Source of the DNA: the human T2T-CHM13v2.0 reference genome, Homo sapiens
Length of the DNA stretch: 64,000 bases
Strand: one strand, 5' to 3'
NCBI RefSeq assembly: GCF_009914755.1
Contig: NC_060932.1
Each line of letters starts with the position of its first letter. Positions within the stretch are counted from its first letter, which is position 1. The notes beneath the pieces were generated by a model. It made no database searches. It was not told the DNA's origin and worked only from the letters and a program-made list of their open reading frames with translations. Shown piece by piece: positions 26,087 through 39,170 of the stretch. Made by a program: the position numbers and the translations under genes.

Positions 26087-26658
26087 CCCTCTTACCCTGT
26101 GCTCCTACTCAGGCCTCACCCCAGGAGTGCCCTCCACCTCTGGGGCGGTGGGAGGCATCTGAGCAGCCTGCCCCTTCCAGGGTGGGGACGGACGGTGCCA
26201 CCTCAGGCATCACCCCACGACTGGCCCCAGGGGACATGTGCTGGAGGCTCAGGGTACCTATGTGGCCTGATATCCGCCCCTCAGCTCCTCCGTCCCAGAA
26301 TAGCACAGCCACAGCCACACTGGTTTAAATCATTTATCTCCATGTAGAGATTTGAGTACAAAAATAAACGGCAACAAAACAGAAGGAGTGTGAAATCCGG
26401 GGATCCACAGGGCTTCTGTCCTCCACCTTCCATGCAGCTGGGGGCTGCATCCTCTGTGGGGTGGCTTCATCCTCTGTGGGGTCTGTGGGGCCTGCTCCAA
26501 GTCATCAGCATTCCATGCCCACCTGGACCTGGTCCCAGACTTTCGGGGAAGCCCTCAGCCTGGGGCTCCTGGCACCCCCGTTGCGGCTGGGGAAGAGAGG
26601 TGTGGAATCCCCAGAGAAAGGGAAGGAAAGGCATGAGGGGCCTTCCCTGGGGGGAAGG

Positions 26659-26894
26659 TCACAGGCTGGGGGCTAAGATGACGGCCAGGAGGCTCAGGGC
26701 CAGCCCCAGGCTGAGGGCACTGTGGGCGAGGGCGGTGCGGGTGGGTGCAGCGTTGTGCAGCTTCTCATTGCACAGGTCCTCCTGGCAGCACTGGGTGGAG
26801 CTGGTGCCGCTGCTGACCTGGCCTTGCAGGGTGTAGCTGGGTGTGCACGACTCCGCACAGTCCTTCTTCACCAGATTCCCCCTCAGAGGCTCCA
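26659..26894 (-). CDS. LY6D: LY6D coding exon 3 ((V)EPLRGNLVKKDCAESC...CCQEDLCNEKLHNAAPTRTALAHSALSLGLALSLLAVILAPSL*), with GPI signal
   Basis: Acceptor tgtgcccag; spliced CDS 52+99+236=387 nt = 128 aa. Confidence 0.97.
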
Positions 26895-27026
26895 CTGGGC
26901 ACAGGTGAGTGTGGTCAGGCCAGGCAGCCACCTCTGCCCCCCACCTCCCCACAACCTTCCAGCCAACACCCACAACAGCCAGGGATGTCCCCCAGCCCCA
27001 GGGACACCTGGACAGATGCTACCCAC

Positions 27027-27125
27027 CTGTGTTCGTGGTCTTGCAGAAGCGAGAGCTGGCCGGGCAGACCACAGAATGCTTGCAGTTGCTGGAGCTGGTG
27101 CACACGTGGCAGCGCAGGGTAAGGG
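27027..27125 (-). CDS. LY6D: LY6D coding exon 2 (ALTLRCHVCTSSSNCKHSVVCPASSRFCKTTNT)
   Basis: Acceptor ctccccgccag, donor gtgggt; 99 nt, phase 1-1. Confidence 0.96.
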
Positions 27126-27902
27126 CTGGCGGGGAGGGAGTCCGGCTCAGCGGGCCCAACAGAGGCCTCCTGGTGACTCAGCAGGGCCTGCTCCCCCACC
27201 TGCAGAGACCCCTCCTGGACAGAGGCCCTGCTGCCCTTGCCCTAGGCCCCCAACCCCGGGCTCTGGGTCCTGGCAGGGCATGTGCCCTGAGTGCAGCCTC
27301 AGGGGACATGTATTCCAGCCTGGGCCGGCTTGGAAGAGGTGTCCTGCCCTGCCCCTGTCTAGGGTGTGTTGCAAGCCTTTCCTCCAAGGTCTCAGGGAGC
27401 TCTGCGACTGCCAAGAGGACACTGGCTCTTGTCCCCACCCCAGGGGCTGTCCCTGGAGGAGATGGCTATGTTTCTGAGGGCCTGACGGAGCTAAGGCCCC
27501 GGGGGCAGCCAGCTTGGCTGCTCTGAGCCTATGACAGGAAGGGCTTGGTGGCCTTTGGGCTGTCCTGGGCTGTGCTGGGGGAGACCTGGGGACCGGGAGG
27601 GGCTGGTGGCAGGGACTAGATGGCCGCTCTCCCAGTGAGAAGCATCTCAAGACAACCCCCTGCTCCACTCTCTCAGGGTCCGTGACTCCAGGAGTCAGTT
27701 CTAAGATCCTCAGATTCTGAAACATTGTAAATCTGACACTCGTTAAGATTCGGGCTCCATGTTGTTTTAAATTTGAAGAGTCTAGCACCCACAGTGTCGG
27801 GGTTCTCTGTGCCTAGATGTCGTCAGCTCCAGGCTCCTAGTATTTGGTGACCACACAGGCCAGAGCCGCCCACCCGCCCGTCCCCTTGGCCCAGCCCCTC
27901 AC

Positions 27903-27954
27903 CTGGCCCTGTAGCCACAGCCAGGGCTGCAAGGAGCAGCAATGCTGTCCTCAT
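27903..27954 (-). CDS. LY6D: LY6D coding exon 1, signal peptide MRTALLLLAALAVATGP
   Basis: ATG at 27954, donor G|gtgagg; 52 nt. Confidence 0.96.
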
Positions 27955-28000
27955 CTCTGATGTCGTCTGGGAGCAGTGCGGGCCCCTGCATTGCCAAGGC

Positions 28001-28006
28001 CTTATA
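28001..28006 (-). promoter_or_regulatory. LY6D: LY6D TATA box (TATAAG)
   Basis: About 48 nt upstream of the ATG. Confidence 0.7.
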
Positions 28007-30954
28007 GGCACGGGCTGGGCGGGGGTGGGCAGTCCGCCAGCCAGCGGCATTCTGCAGGGCTCTGTGCAAGCGTCAGCCCAGGACGGGCACCTGCCCCACC
28101 CTGCCTGGCCCACGCCCACCAGCCTGGCTGTCGCTGGGCGCTGCCCCTGCTGCCCCCCGCCAGGCAGAGGTCTGCCCTCCGCAACGGGGCCCAGTGGCCT
28201 CCTGGCCCTGCTGTTCCTGCTGCTGTGCCTCCATCTCTCCCACTTTCACTTCTCTGTCTCTGTGGGTCTTGTTCTCTCGCTGCCGTCCGTTCCTGGGTCA
28301 CTTTGTCTCTGACCTGCCACCCGCTACCCCCCGCCCCCCACCCCCCACCATCCATCACCATCCTGTGTCTTTGTCCCTGCATTCCCCCCATAGTTCCCTC
28401 AATAGAGTTGCAGCCTGTGCCCGGTGCCCTGTGGGTGCCCGTGGGTGTCCAGGGCAGGGGAGGTAGGAAGGGCAGGTGCTGGTCCTACTCTCCTGGCTCT
28501 GGGCTCAGGGTTGCTGCCTGAGATGCAGAAGGTCCTTGAGCTGCAAGGGCTCGGGGTGGCTGTGGGCTGATGGGGTGTGTGAGGCAGAGGCAGAGGCAGA
28601 GGCCACTCCGAGGCAGGGAGGGCAGCTGGGGCAGCAGTGAGGTGAGCACTGGACAGAGTGAGGACTGTGAGGACCCGGCCCTCGAAGTTGCCTGGGGAGC
28701 CCTGTGGGCAGAAGGCCCGGGCTGTGGAGGCAGCAACTCCACCCTGCGTTGTGCAGGGAGAGACTGAGCCCTCCTGGTCTCCACCAGCCCTGCCTCCCGC
28801 CCTCCAGGGCCCCAGAAGCCCTCCCCGTGGGATTCCTTCCCCCACTCTCCAGGCCCCTCCTGCTACGTTGGGGGCAGCGCCATCCCGGCCACTTTGTAAC
28901 TATTGCTCTAGGTGTCCCGGCTCCAGTCTCCCCAAAATCGTGAACTCTTTGGGGCTGGGCCCCAGCACCCAGGGCCTCAAAGCAGGTTCTTGGTCTGCTG
29001 CCCGTTGAGTGGAGGCCAGTCCCCGCCTTCACCCTCTTTATACTCACAGGAGGGACTTTCTTTCCCTGGAGACGGGGTCTCTGAGCACCCACTGCCTCGC
29101 GCAGGAGCCCACCTCTTGGGGCCCCCATCCACCTGCTCAGCCCAGCACGCTCTGCCGCTCGCCTGTGCTGGGCAGCACCCACCTGAGTGGTGTGGAGGGG
29201 CCCACAGACTTGCTTTGCCCCTGCCCTGGCTAGGCTGAAGGTGAGTGGGAGCCGGGGCACAGATGGAGGTCAGCCCTGGGCCCAGCCTCCTGCCGCCGCT
29301 GCCACGTGGCTGATGAACAGACAACAACAGGCCCAGGGCAGGGCAGGGCCGGTTCCGAGGAGGGTGGTCCTGGGCTGGGCTGAGGCTTTTGGGAGCACCG
29401 TGGGTACTGGGGCCAGTCAGGCCTGGGCTTGAGACAGACCCTCTGGCCCTTCCTCCCGGCATCTCTCCCTTGCTGAGCCCCACGTCTCAGATGCCGGGGA
29501 TCCCAGCAAATGTCTCCTGAGAATGCTCCTGGCCGGGCTCTCCCTGACACAGTGCCGGGGCCTGGAGGATCCACCTACAGGAGGGGTTGCCTGGTGGTGC
29601 CTTTAGAAACCAGGGTGCAGGCGGGAGCCCCCTGGGGCAGCCCCACATTTGCATCTGGTGCCTGGCCCTGGCTGGAGCTTGGTGGGGACGTGTGGAGTCT
29701 CACTTGCCAAAGCAGGTGACCCAAAGGTCCATGCCCCCACCCAGAGAGAGGAGGTTTCCTCCAGCTCCAAGGCCCTGTGTCCATGGGTCACAGTGAGAGG
29801 CATGGGCAGCTTGGGGGAAGGTGCTTCCAGGGGCCTTGGGAGGCAGAGCTCAGGGCTTGGTGGCGGGGTGGTGACTCGGTGGGCATGGCAGGCGGGGAGG
29901 GTGACTCACTGTGGCCGGGGCATGAGAGCTGCTGGAAAAACAGGTTTGGAATTCCTGCTGGGTCTGGTGGAGCTGGAGGGTCCAGGATGTCAGGTGGCCT
30001 GAGAGTGGGTTCTGAGTGTGGGGCCATGGGGGAGTGTGCTCCCCACACCTGGGGCTGGAGGAGGGCCCTGCACACCTGGCTCACCCCCGTGGGACACCTC
30101 AGGCATCACTGTGGCTGCGTCCCTGCCAGGCATGGGAGCCGGAGCGGGGTTCCAGTTTTGTGGGATGAGGGCCTCTGACCTGGCAGGGCTGCCCACGAGG
30201 ATGAGCTGCCCATCCCGGGTGGTCCTAGCAAAAGCATGAACAGCAGCCCTACACAGTTCACTTTCAGGAGAAAGCGGGTGCTTCTGATGCCAGGAGCCCT
30301 TGGACAGCTGAGCTTCTGGGGACAGTGCAGTCAGGGAGGGTTTCTTGTAGGCAGTGACCTGACTAGAGCCTCAGAGCCAGGGATTGGAATGTGGAGAGGA
30401 GACACTGTGGCCCCTCATGTCAGTCCCTGCCCAGTGCTTGTTCACTGGTGAGGAAGTGAGGGCCAGAGAGCTCCAGGCACGTTCTGGGGCAGAACCTGGT
30501 GGGGTCTCAAGCACTTCTCACTATCACCGCCAGCCTTTCCCCCCTCCTCCCTCCTCTGTTCTCTAGGGCCTGGGCCCTCCCCCACTCCACCCCTCCCACT
30601 CAGCCCCTGGAGCTGGGGCCCTGGGCCTGGTTGGTACCATCAGGGTATTGGCAGCAGAAATGACACCTGGGAGAGGCGACGAAGGGGCCTGGGGCAGGGA
30701 AAACCACCGCCCCACCCCGTTAGCCTTGCCCGCTGCTCCCTGAACCAGGAAACCCGGCACGGGGACAAGCCCAGGCTTCTGTCTGGAGCCGAAGTTCCTT
30801 GCTCATGCCCCTTCCCCCACCTTCTGCCCCCTCTACCTTATGCTGGGCCCCTAGGAACACACAAGGGTGTGGTGGCTCAGAGAGGGAAGCGCCTGGCTTA
30901 GGGCGGCACAGCACCGTACTCCAGGCTTGCACCAGCCCAGCCCTGGGCCCTGTC

Positions 30955-31145
30955 CTGGCTGAATGGGTGCCTGGTGGACAAGGCGGGGCCCCGGGCTGGA
31001 GGAGCTGGCTGAGTGGGTGCCCGGTGGACAAGGCGGGGCCCTGGCCTGGAGGAGCTGACTGAGTGGGTGCCCGGTGGACAAGGAGGGGCCGCGGGCTGGA
31101 GGAGCTGCCTGGGCTGGAGGAGCTGCCTGGGCTGGAGGAGCTGGG
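30955..31145. repeat. 50-bp tandem repeat x3, followed by 18-bp units (gggctggaggagctgcct)
   Basis: ga(a/g)tgggtgcc at 30961, 31011 and 31061. Confidence 0.85.
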
Positions 31146-31257
31146 AAGCCCCAGGGCACAGGGAAGGGCTTCTTCACCCTCAGGCTGTTACCTGGGCAAG
31201 CCAGAATCCCAGCCACACCCCAGGGGTTCCAAAATGCAACCGTCTGCCTTGAGGCAC

Positions 31258-31300
31258 TCCATTCATTCATTCATTCACTCACTCATTCATTCATTCATTC
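31258..31300. repeat. (TTCA)n microsatellite
   Basis: Read directly from the sequence. Confidence 0.85.
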
Positions 31301-32839
31301 TTCAACATTTTATAAGGACCAACCATATGCAAGGCACTTTGGATATAATGGAAACCAAGAGAGAAGAGAGACAGGGCCCAGGTCCCAGGGCCTGCAGACC
31401 AGTGGGGAGTGGGAACAGACAATTGCTGCCTCTGTGGGACCCACAGCAGGGGTGTGATGATGTGGAGGGTGAGGATCTGGGGCTGAGAAGCCAAGGGAGG
31501 ACCAACCTTGTTGGAGCTGTCTAAGCAGGGAAGGGTGTGTGGCCATTACCTGGTAAGCAGGTGGGTGTCGGGCAAGGGCATTGGGGCCCAGGTGCCAGGC
31601 CGCTTTTCTGTCTCTTTCCCCCGCAGGGGCAGGTGGCTGCCCCGAGCTGAGCGGCTGAGTGTGTGGTGTCTTTCTAGAGGCTGCCCTGATCCTCTCAGCC
31701 CCCTCACCTGCACAGATGGGGCCTCAGATGGACAGCAAGGGCCCAGACTTGCCCGGCATCACCCAGCAAGCGGGAGCCACAGCTGGGCTGGGCCTCTGGG
31801 CCTGGCCCTTCCCTCACACCCAGGCCTCCCCACTCCTCTTTCTAGTGCCGGAGTCACCTTTACACATAGCACCACAATCTCAGGCAAAGTCTCTTTCACC
31901 TGCTTCCCAGGGCCAAGCCTGGCCCTGCCCTAGTCTTAGGTCACCCCCTGGGACCCTGGCTACCAGCCACCCCTCCCAGGGTACACCTAGTGTCCATGGG
32001 CTGGGCCGGGTCGGGCTGGGCCAGGGGCCGGGGATGGAGGCCAGCTCTGCCCCTCCACACAGGCCCCTCATCCTTGCCAGGTCTCTCTTTCCTGCACTGC
32101 CAGGGGGGCAATCTAGGGAGCAGTTTCGTGGATGGAGAAACCCTTCTACCTTGGGGCACAGCTTGTTCCCAGCAAAGGCTGGACTGGGGCTCTAGGTTCC
32201 TAAGGCCCAAGAGAAACAAACCTGTTCCCAGGCCTGGCTGGTGGTGCCCACAGGCGGGGCTGGCACCTTCCCTGGGAGAGGCACCATTTCAGCACCTAGG
32301 ACCGGCATGGTCCCTGCGAAGCACTGGCATTCAGGGGGCTAGTCAAGGGTGCCCAGTGCCAAAGTCTGGGCGATGAGGGAGAATCCCTCAGGGTGTGAAC
32401 TGTGTCCAGCCTGTGGTAGGGGGAGAGAGGTTGCAGCGGAGTGCAGCCCTGGAGCCACGGAACCATAGCGCAAACAACTGTGGGGACCTCAGAGTCCCAA
32501 GACTGCAGGCTGTTAGCATGGGCTTGCAGAACACAGAACCCTAGAATTTCAAGACCCAAGGAACCTGGATGAGAATCAGGTGCCCTGGATGGGGGTTATT
32601 TTCACACATTAGGACATGCTCCCACCAGCATTCTAGGGAATGTCAGAGGGTTTGTGTTAATGCTGAACTCCTGGGTTCTCCCCTCTGCTAGGCCACAGCT
32701 CAGTCTACTTCCTGTTGTGGCCTGGAACTTGTGGCTGCCAACCCTTAGCTCCATGAGGTAGGTTCAAGGCTGGTGAGCACAGGGCCCACCTCACTTTCCT
32801 CCCCCACTCCCCTGCCTTCATTTGCTCCCAATACATACC

Positions 32840-34170
32840 TGCTCATCCATCCTCTATCCTCCATCCATCCATGCATCCATCCATCTACCATCTGCCCACT
32901 CATTCTCCACTCAACCACCCACCCATCTATCCATCCACTCATCTGTCTATTCTCCATCCATCTATTCATCCCTCATCCAGCAATCAATCTACCATCTGTC
33001 TACCCATCCATTCACTTATCCATCCATCCATCGACTCATCCATCCATTCTCCATCCACTCATCATCCGTCCTCCATCCATCCAGTCATCCATCAATCAAT
33101 CTACCATTTGTCCACCCATCCATCCATCCATCCATCCATCCACTCATCTGCCCACCTTCCATCCATCCAGCCTCCATCCATCCATCTTCTCATCCATTCA
33201 TCTTCCATTCACTGATCATCCATCCTCCATCCATCCACCCACTCACCCATCTGTCCTCCATCCATTCATCATCCATCCATCCATCTATCTACTCATCCAT
33301 CCATTCTCCATCCACTCATCATCCATCCTCCATCCATCCAGTCATCCATCAATCAATCTACCATTTGACATATACACCATGGAATACTATGCAGCCATAA
33401 AAAATGATGAGTTCCTGTCCTTTGCAGGGACATGGATGAAGCTGGAAACATCATTCTCAGCAAACTATCGCAAGGACAAAAAACCAAACACCACATATTC
33501 TCACTCATAGGTGGGAATGGAACAATGAGAACACATGGACACGGGAAGGGGAACATCACACACCGGGGACTATTGTGGGGTGGGGAGAGGGGGGAGGGAT
33601 AGCATTAGGAGATATACCTAATGCTAAATGACAAGTTAATGGGTGCAGCACACCAACATGGCACATGTATACGTATGTAACAAACCTGCACGTTGTGCAC
33701 ATGTACCCTAAAACTTAAAGTATAATAATAATAAAAAAATATACCGTTTGTCCACCCATCCATCCATCCACTCATCTACCCATCCGTCATCCATCCATCC
33801 ATCCACTCATCCGTTCACCTTCCATCCATCCATCCTCCTTCCATCTACACTTCATCCATCCGTTCTCCATCTTCCATCCATCCATCTACTCATCTATCCA
33901 TCTTCCATTCACCCATCATCCATCCTCCATCCATCCACCCACTCACCCATCTGTCCTCCATCCATTCATCATTCATCCATCCATCTACTCATCCATCCAT
34001 CATCCATCCAGCCATCATTCATCCTCCACTGATCCATTCACTCATCCATTCATTCTCCATCCATCCATCCTGTATCCATCCTCCATTCATCCATTCACCC
34101 ACTCATCCATCCATGCTCCATCCATCCATCCTCCATTCAGCGATCCATTCATTCAGCCTCCATCCATCCT
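32840..34170. repeat. Degenerate (TCCA)n tract interrupted by an L1PA
   Basis: Read directly; source of the spurious His/Pro/Ser/Ile ORFs. Confidence 0.93.
33368..33737 (+). mobile_element. 5'-truncated young L1PA (about L1PA3/4-like) 3' end
   Basis: ORF2 tail [15 protein letters not shown], the L1PA 3'UTR G-tract and an A tail; target-site duplication aatctaccatttg (33355-33367) / aatataccgtttg (33738-33750). Confidence 0.93.
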
Positions 34171-37100
34171 GCCCCCTCTGGGCAAGTGAGTCAGACATCA
34201 CCTTGGGAGACATGGGATGAATTTAGTGCTGATGGCGCAGTGTGACCTTTCCCTTAGTTGTAAGGAAAATCCCCAAGATATTGAGTGCATCCTTCCAGAG
34301 GGTCTCCTGATAGGTGGGCTGTTTCACTCCTGCTCTCCTGTCCTCAGGACAGGCATTCTTCTTCTTACTCTGCCTGTGGTCCTCCCTTGCCCTGTAGGAG
34401 TTCCTGTCCCACCAAAGGACTCCCCACCATGAGTCAGTGCAGACCAGCTCCCTCACGGGAAGTCCTAGCAAGACCTCGGACCAGCCTTCCGCGCTTCTCA
34501 GGCAAGGGTTACTTGGTGGTCTGCAGTGGCTTTGTCCCTCCAGGGCCTGTCCCCAACTCAGTGTTCCCACCAGTGGGCACTGCCCTTATACCACTTATGT
34601 GTCCTCTAGGAGTTAGTTAGAATGATGTCTCTCTGTCTCTCTCCCCGCTCTTCCTTTTCTATTCACCCACACCTGCCCCTGACAAAACAGTAATTCTCAA
34701 AGGCCAAGGAGTCCATCCTGGCAAGGGTTCCGAGACCCTTGGGTCTGCAGCAGGTCATAGCAGCTTTGGGGCTGGCAACACCCAGACCATAGACACATGC
34801 TTTTTAAAGGTTACAGGATAACTTGGGGGGACATCATGGATCCTAGCCCTTAGGAATGAAAGAACTATCTTCCATGCACTGCATGCCCTGTCTTCAGTCT
34901 GTTGCTGGCACCAGCACTTCCACAGGGCCATGTGAGTTGTCACCACATGACTTGGGTGGAGGAGGCTTGTCTTTGCTCCTCCTGGGATCAGGTGACTGCT
35001 GAGCTTTGAGGCTGGAGCGTCCCAGCATGGCTGCTCCCTGCTCAGCTTGGATGTTGGGTCCTGGGCAGGGCCTGGGGTGGGCTGTCCCTGCAGGAGGTGT
35101 GCGTGTTGCTGCAGTCCTCACTGGGTACCGGGCCAGGCCAGGCTTCCAGGGGAGGGAAGAGAGGCCCATGCTGGGCCCTGCCAGGGAACTCACCAGGACC
35201 CCAGGGGCTTAAGGGATCAAGAGGGTGTTACATAAGAAGGGAAGCGGGTGGGTCCTTGGGGAGCAGGAGATGCCGAATGGAAGGAGCATGGAGGCCCAGG
35301 AGCCCCTGAGCCCATGCAGCTGTGCCCGGGACAGAGGAGCAACTCTGACGGGCAGCCCAGGTCACAAGGAGCCAGGTCGGCACTGAAGGGACCTGAGAAA
35401 GCCCCACCCACCTTCATTTCAGAGCTGGCACTGCTGACAGCAGGGTCTAACCACAATGCTGGCTCTGGGTTCCACTGTCCCGCACATCTCAGCCTGAGCC
35501 CTGCTGAGCCTGGTGGCCTCTCCTCCCTGGACCCAGACCTCCCTCGGGCATTTCAGGGGTAACTCATTCCAACCCATTCAGCCCCACCTCTCCCCCAAAC
35601 TGCTCCTCCTCAAACCCGCAGAGGCCATGCAAGGGCCCCCAGAGGCCTACATCTCCACCCTCCCTCTGCCTCTCCCTTGGCCCCAGTCTGGCCCTGCCTC
35701 CTCCTGGCTGGGGGCTGTGCCTGCCTCTGCCTGCACCGCCCCGCCCTGCAGTCCTCACTCCTTACCCTGCACTTGGGTTGGATGCAGTCCCTCCCCTGGA
35801 CCCCCTCAGTGCTCTCCCACACTCTCAGCCTCCCTGTCCTGCCTCTGGGCCCTGACTGGGCGGTCTGTGTGCTCTGTCCATCTCGGGGGGCTGGGTACCC
35901 CCTTCTGTCTCGGTGCCCGGGTCTCCTCTCAGGCCATCAAGCCCTGTCCTACCTCCGGGCCTTTGCACATTGACCTCATTGTCAGAGACACTGGTGCCTT
36001 CCAGAGGGCCCCAGCCACGGCCCCCGAGGCCTGTCCCTCCTACCCTCCTGCCTCCCTCACACCTTGGCCAGGCGCTGCAGCCCACATGAGCTTGTCACTT
36101 TGCCTGCTGTGCCCACTCTTACCTGCCCACTCGAGGGCAGGGACAGTCTGTCACTGTGGCATCTGAGAGCCATGATGCCTGGTGTGCAGGAGATGCCCTC
36201 CAGAGCTGCTGACTTAGTGATGTGGAAGCCGGAGGGCCCAGGGGTGCAGCTGAGCACTCACCAACCCAGGAGTGGGGCTCCCTGTGCCCCAGCTCTTCCC
36301 CTGTGGCGAGGGGCTGTGGTCAGCTTTGTGTGGAAACAGCCTCCTTGCCATGCCTGGCTTCTGGACACAGAGGCTCCTGCAGGCAGAGGCTGTGGGCTGC
36401 TGGGTGGCATCAGATGCGGTTTCTGTTGGGACTTGCAAGGGTGGGGCCTGCCCTGAAGGGTGAGCCCCTCCTGAGTCAGCCTGCCTGGGAAAGCTCCTCG
36501 GGCAGGAGTCAGGATTCCCACCTTCCTTGAGAAAAGAAAACTCCAACTTTACTCTCAGGGTGGCTGAGAGCACCTGACCGCACACCAACCTCCCCGTGGA
36601 TCCCTAGAGCCCAGCAGGCTGGGGCCTGTGGAAAGCTGTGCTGGGGAGCCCGTGGGAATCCTGACAGCCTGGCTCCCAGGGGGTTCACTCAGGTCCCTTC
36701 AACCCACTCGGCCCTCTACTGGCCTCCAGACAGCTCAAGGTGCGATAACGGGGGAGAAGCCCGCTGAGGCAGCAGGAGCTTCTGGAGCTTTTCCCGCTGA
36801 CCCGAGCTCCCTGCTCCTGGGTGCTTGGGAGCACAGCGCTCCCTGCAGAGTGCTTCTTTAGCACGGGCACGGGCTCGGGAGACCAGTGGCAGGCTGGGTG
36901 GGGGCAGCGGCCCCGGGAGGCTGAGAGGAAGCACTGGGCAGGCCGAGGGCGCTGCTGGGAGGCCTTCTTCCTTCTGGAGCAGGAGTCCAGCGGCAGGCAG
37001 CAGCCCCGGACCAGGGCGGCTGTGGGAACATCCTGCCTGGCTCACTGCCTGGAGGCCTGGCAGGTGCGGAAGGTTGAGGCCGAGGGCCGCAGGGGAGGCT

Positions 37101-38053
37101 GGGCATCTGGCCTGCACACCTGCCTGCTCAGATTCCCAGAAAGGAGGCAAACACCTGCCTAGGGAGGCTCCCAGCCAGCACGATGGCTCCTGGCTTAGGC
37201 GCCTGGGCCGTGGGAACCAGCTCTGCCAGGCAGGAGGCCCACCGTCACTCATCTGGCCTGGAAGTTTGTGCCCATCACCTGGGGAAGGGAGGCCAGGGAT
37301 AAAGGAGTCAGGGAAGGGAAAGGGCATCTCTTCCTGGCTTCCAAGCTTGAAAGGGCAGAACAGCAGGGCGAGGACTCAAGACCTGGATGGAGGAGGCCTC
37401 TGGGCCAGGGAAGGGCCTCTGGGCCAGGGAAGGGCCCCTCCAGGCCACAGAAGCAGAGAAACCCTGAAAGCACTGTGGGCACCAGGACCTGGCTGGCTTC
37501 CTGAGGAAGGGCCCTGCGTCTGTCCCTATAGCCAAGCCCTGGGCAGAGGGTGGCTCTGGCCTTGCCACCCTGGAATAGCCCCGGGAGGAGACATGGCCCT
37601 CAGAGGCCTGTCCAGGGTGGTCGAAGCAGTCCCGTGCCCCCACCAGAGACGTAGGGCTGCGGGGGTGTGGGGGCACCCTGCAGGGCTGAGGACCAAGGAC
37701 ACAGGATGTGGGCCTGTGGTGGGGCTGCATAGACAAGGGACACCAAGGCTCAGAAGGGCTTCCCAGAGGACCCCAGGTAACCCGTCCACCTGGGACTGAC
37801 TGCATGTGTGTTTCTGCCTTGAAGGTCAAGCAGGGCTCAGTGTGGACTCAAGATTCCCAGGTAATAAGGCACGAGCATTTCTCCCACACCTGAACCTCGA
37901 CACCAAGAATTCCATGCTCTCCTCTGTAAAGCGCCCCCTGCCCACCTCTAATTGCAGGGGCCCTTCCCTTTTTCCAGGGCGCAGTTGACTAGGGACAAGA
38001 AATACCCCTTGGACCCGGCATCTCTGAGAATGAGGACAGGCAGAGCTCGCCGC

Positions 38054-38059
38054 TTTATT
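38054..38059 (-). terminator. Candidate polyA signal AATAAA for the unrecognised LY6 gene (3'UTR about 0.9 kb)
   Basis: tttatt on + strand, followed on the minus strand by a U/GU-rich stretch (ggggtatttcttgt). Confidence 0.6.
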
Positions 38060-38958
38060 CTGGGGTGGGCTGGCAGGTGTCACTGCCTGGAGAGCCAGGA
38101 CGATCCCCCCACACAGTGAGAATGGAGACCACCCCCCAATTCCAGTGCCTGACACTCAGCCCCAAGGTGACTTGCCCTACCCCGACAGTGCGCAGCCAGG
38201 GGACCATTTAAAATGCCGGTGTTCACCTGGATGGGGCTCGCAAGGGTCCCTGGGCTGGGGACACTGACCAACAGACTGAACCCCCAGTGAGAGCCCTGGG
38301 GACAGGCCCCTCCTCAGGGTATCTGCTGCAAGGATACCCTGGGCAGGTTTGTGATGGATGGAGGGAGGGAGGAAGGGAGGAAAGGAGGGATGGGGTGAGA
38401 ACTGGGTGGCTGGCGGAGAGGATAGAGTCAAAGGGATGCAATGCCTGAACCCCTGAGCCACGTCCTTTCTTTCAGGGCCGCTGTGGGCAGAAGAGGAGGC
38501 CCAAAGGGTCTGACGGCTACACGCACGGGAGTTCTGTTAGGCTGGGCATGGGAGAGGGGGAGAAATCCCCGGCTCCAGTCCCTCAACCCCTAGCCTCTGA
38601 AATAGTGATAGAGGGTGCTGGAGAGAAGTGGGGGGCTTTTCCCACTCGCAGCTGGCAAGGGGTCCCAGGACCCCAGCAAAGGGTCCTGCAGGTATTGATC
38701 TTGAAGCAGGCGTCCCCTCTGAGGCATCCCATCAGCAATTCCCTGGGGTGGGGGTAGAGCTCCCTCACCAGGGCAGGAGCCCAAGGGGGTGGGGTCCTTC
38801 CTCTCTCTCCAGGGCCCGGGGTGGGGTGCTGGGTGTGGCCTGGGCAAAGGAGGGAGGGGGGCGTGGCAGCTGAGACTAGGACCCTGCTGCCCCGGGTGGG
38901 GTGTGTGGGAGCTGGTCAGGCTGAGGGGACCCACGCTGAGCGCTCCAGGCGCAGGGCC

Positions 38959-39170
38959 TCAGCGGGCTGCCTGCAGCAGGGCCCACAGCTGGCTGGCTGC
39001 GACGCTGGCCCACAGGGTCCCGGGGCTGCCCACCAGGCCTGCGGCTGCACTGCGGTTGCACTGGCTACCCTGGCAGCAGGACACAGAGAGGGCGCGGCTG
39101 TCGGAGGACACAGTGCTGTTGGGGCACGTCGGGGAGCAGGACTTCATGACCAGGATGCCACCGGGGCTGG
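38959..39170 (-). CDS. Unrecognised Ly6/uPAR gene, exon 3 ((T)SPGGILVMKSCSPTCPNSTVSSDSRALSVSCCQGSQCNRSAAAGLVGSPGTLWASVAASQLWALLQAAR*)
   Basis: Strong acceptor cctcctcctctctccacag|; KSCxxxC and CCxxxxCN LU motifs; GPI-like tail; 212 nt, phase 1. Confidence 0.88.

Noticed and set aside
32773-34032. Long His/Pro/Ser/Ile ORFs
   Set aside because: Translation of (TCCA)n plus an L1 ORF2 tail.
39167-39169. Alternative acceptor CAG 4 nt inside exon 3 of the new gene
   Set aside because: It would shift the frame; the first AG after the polypyrimidine tract (39171-39172) is the expected site.
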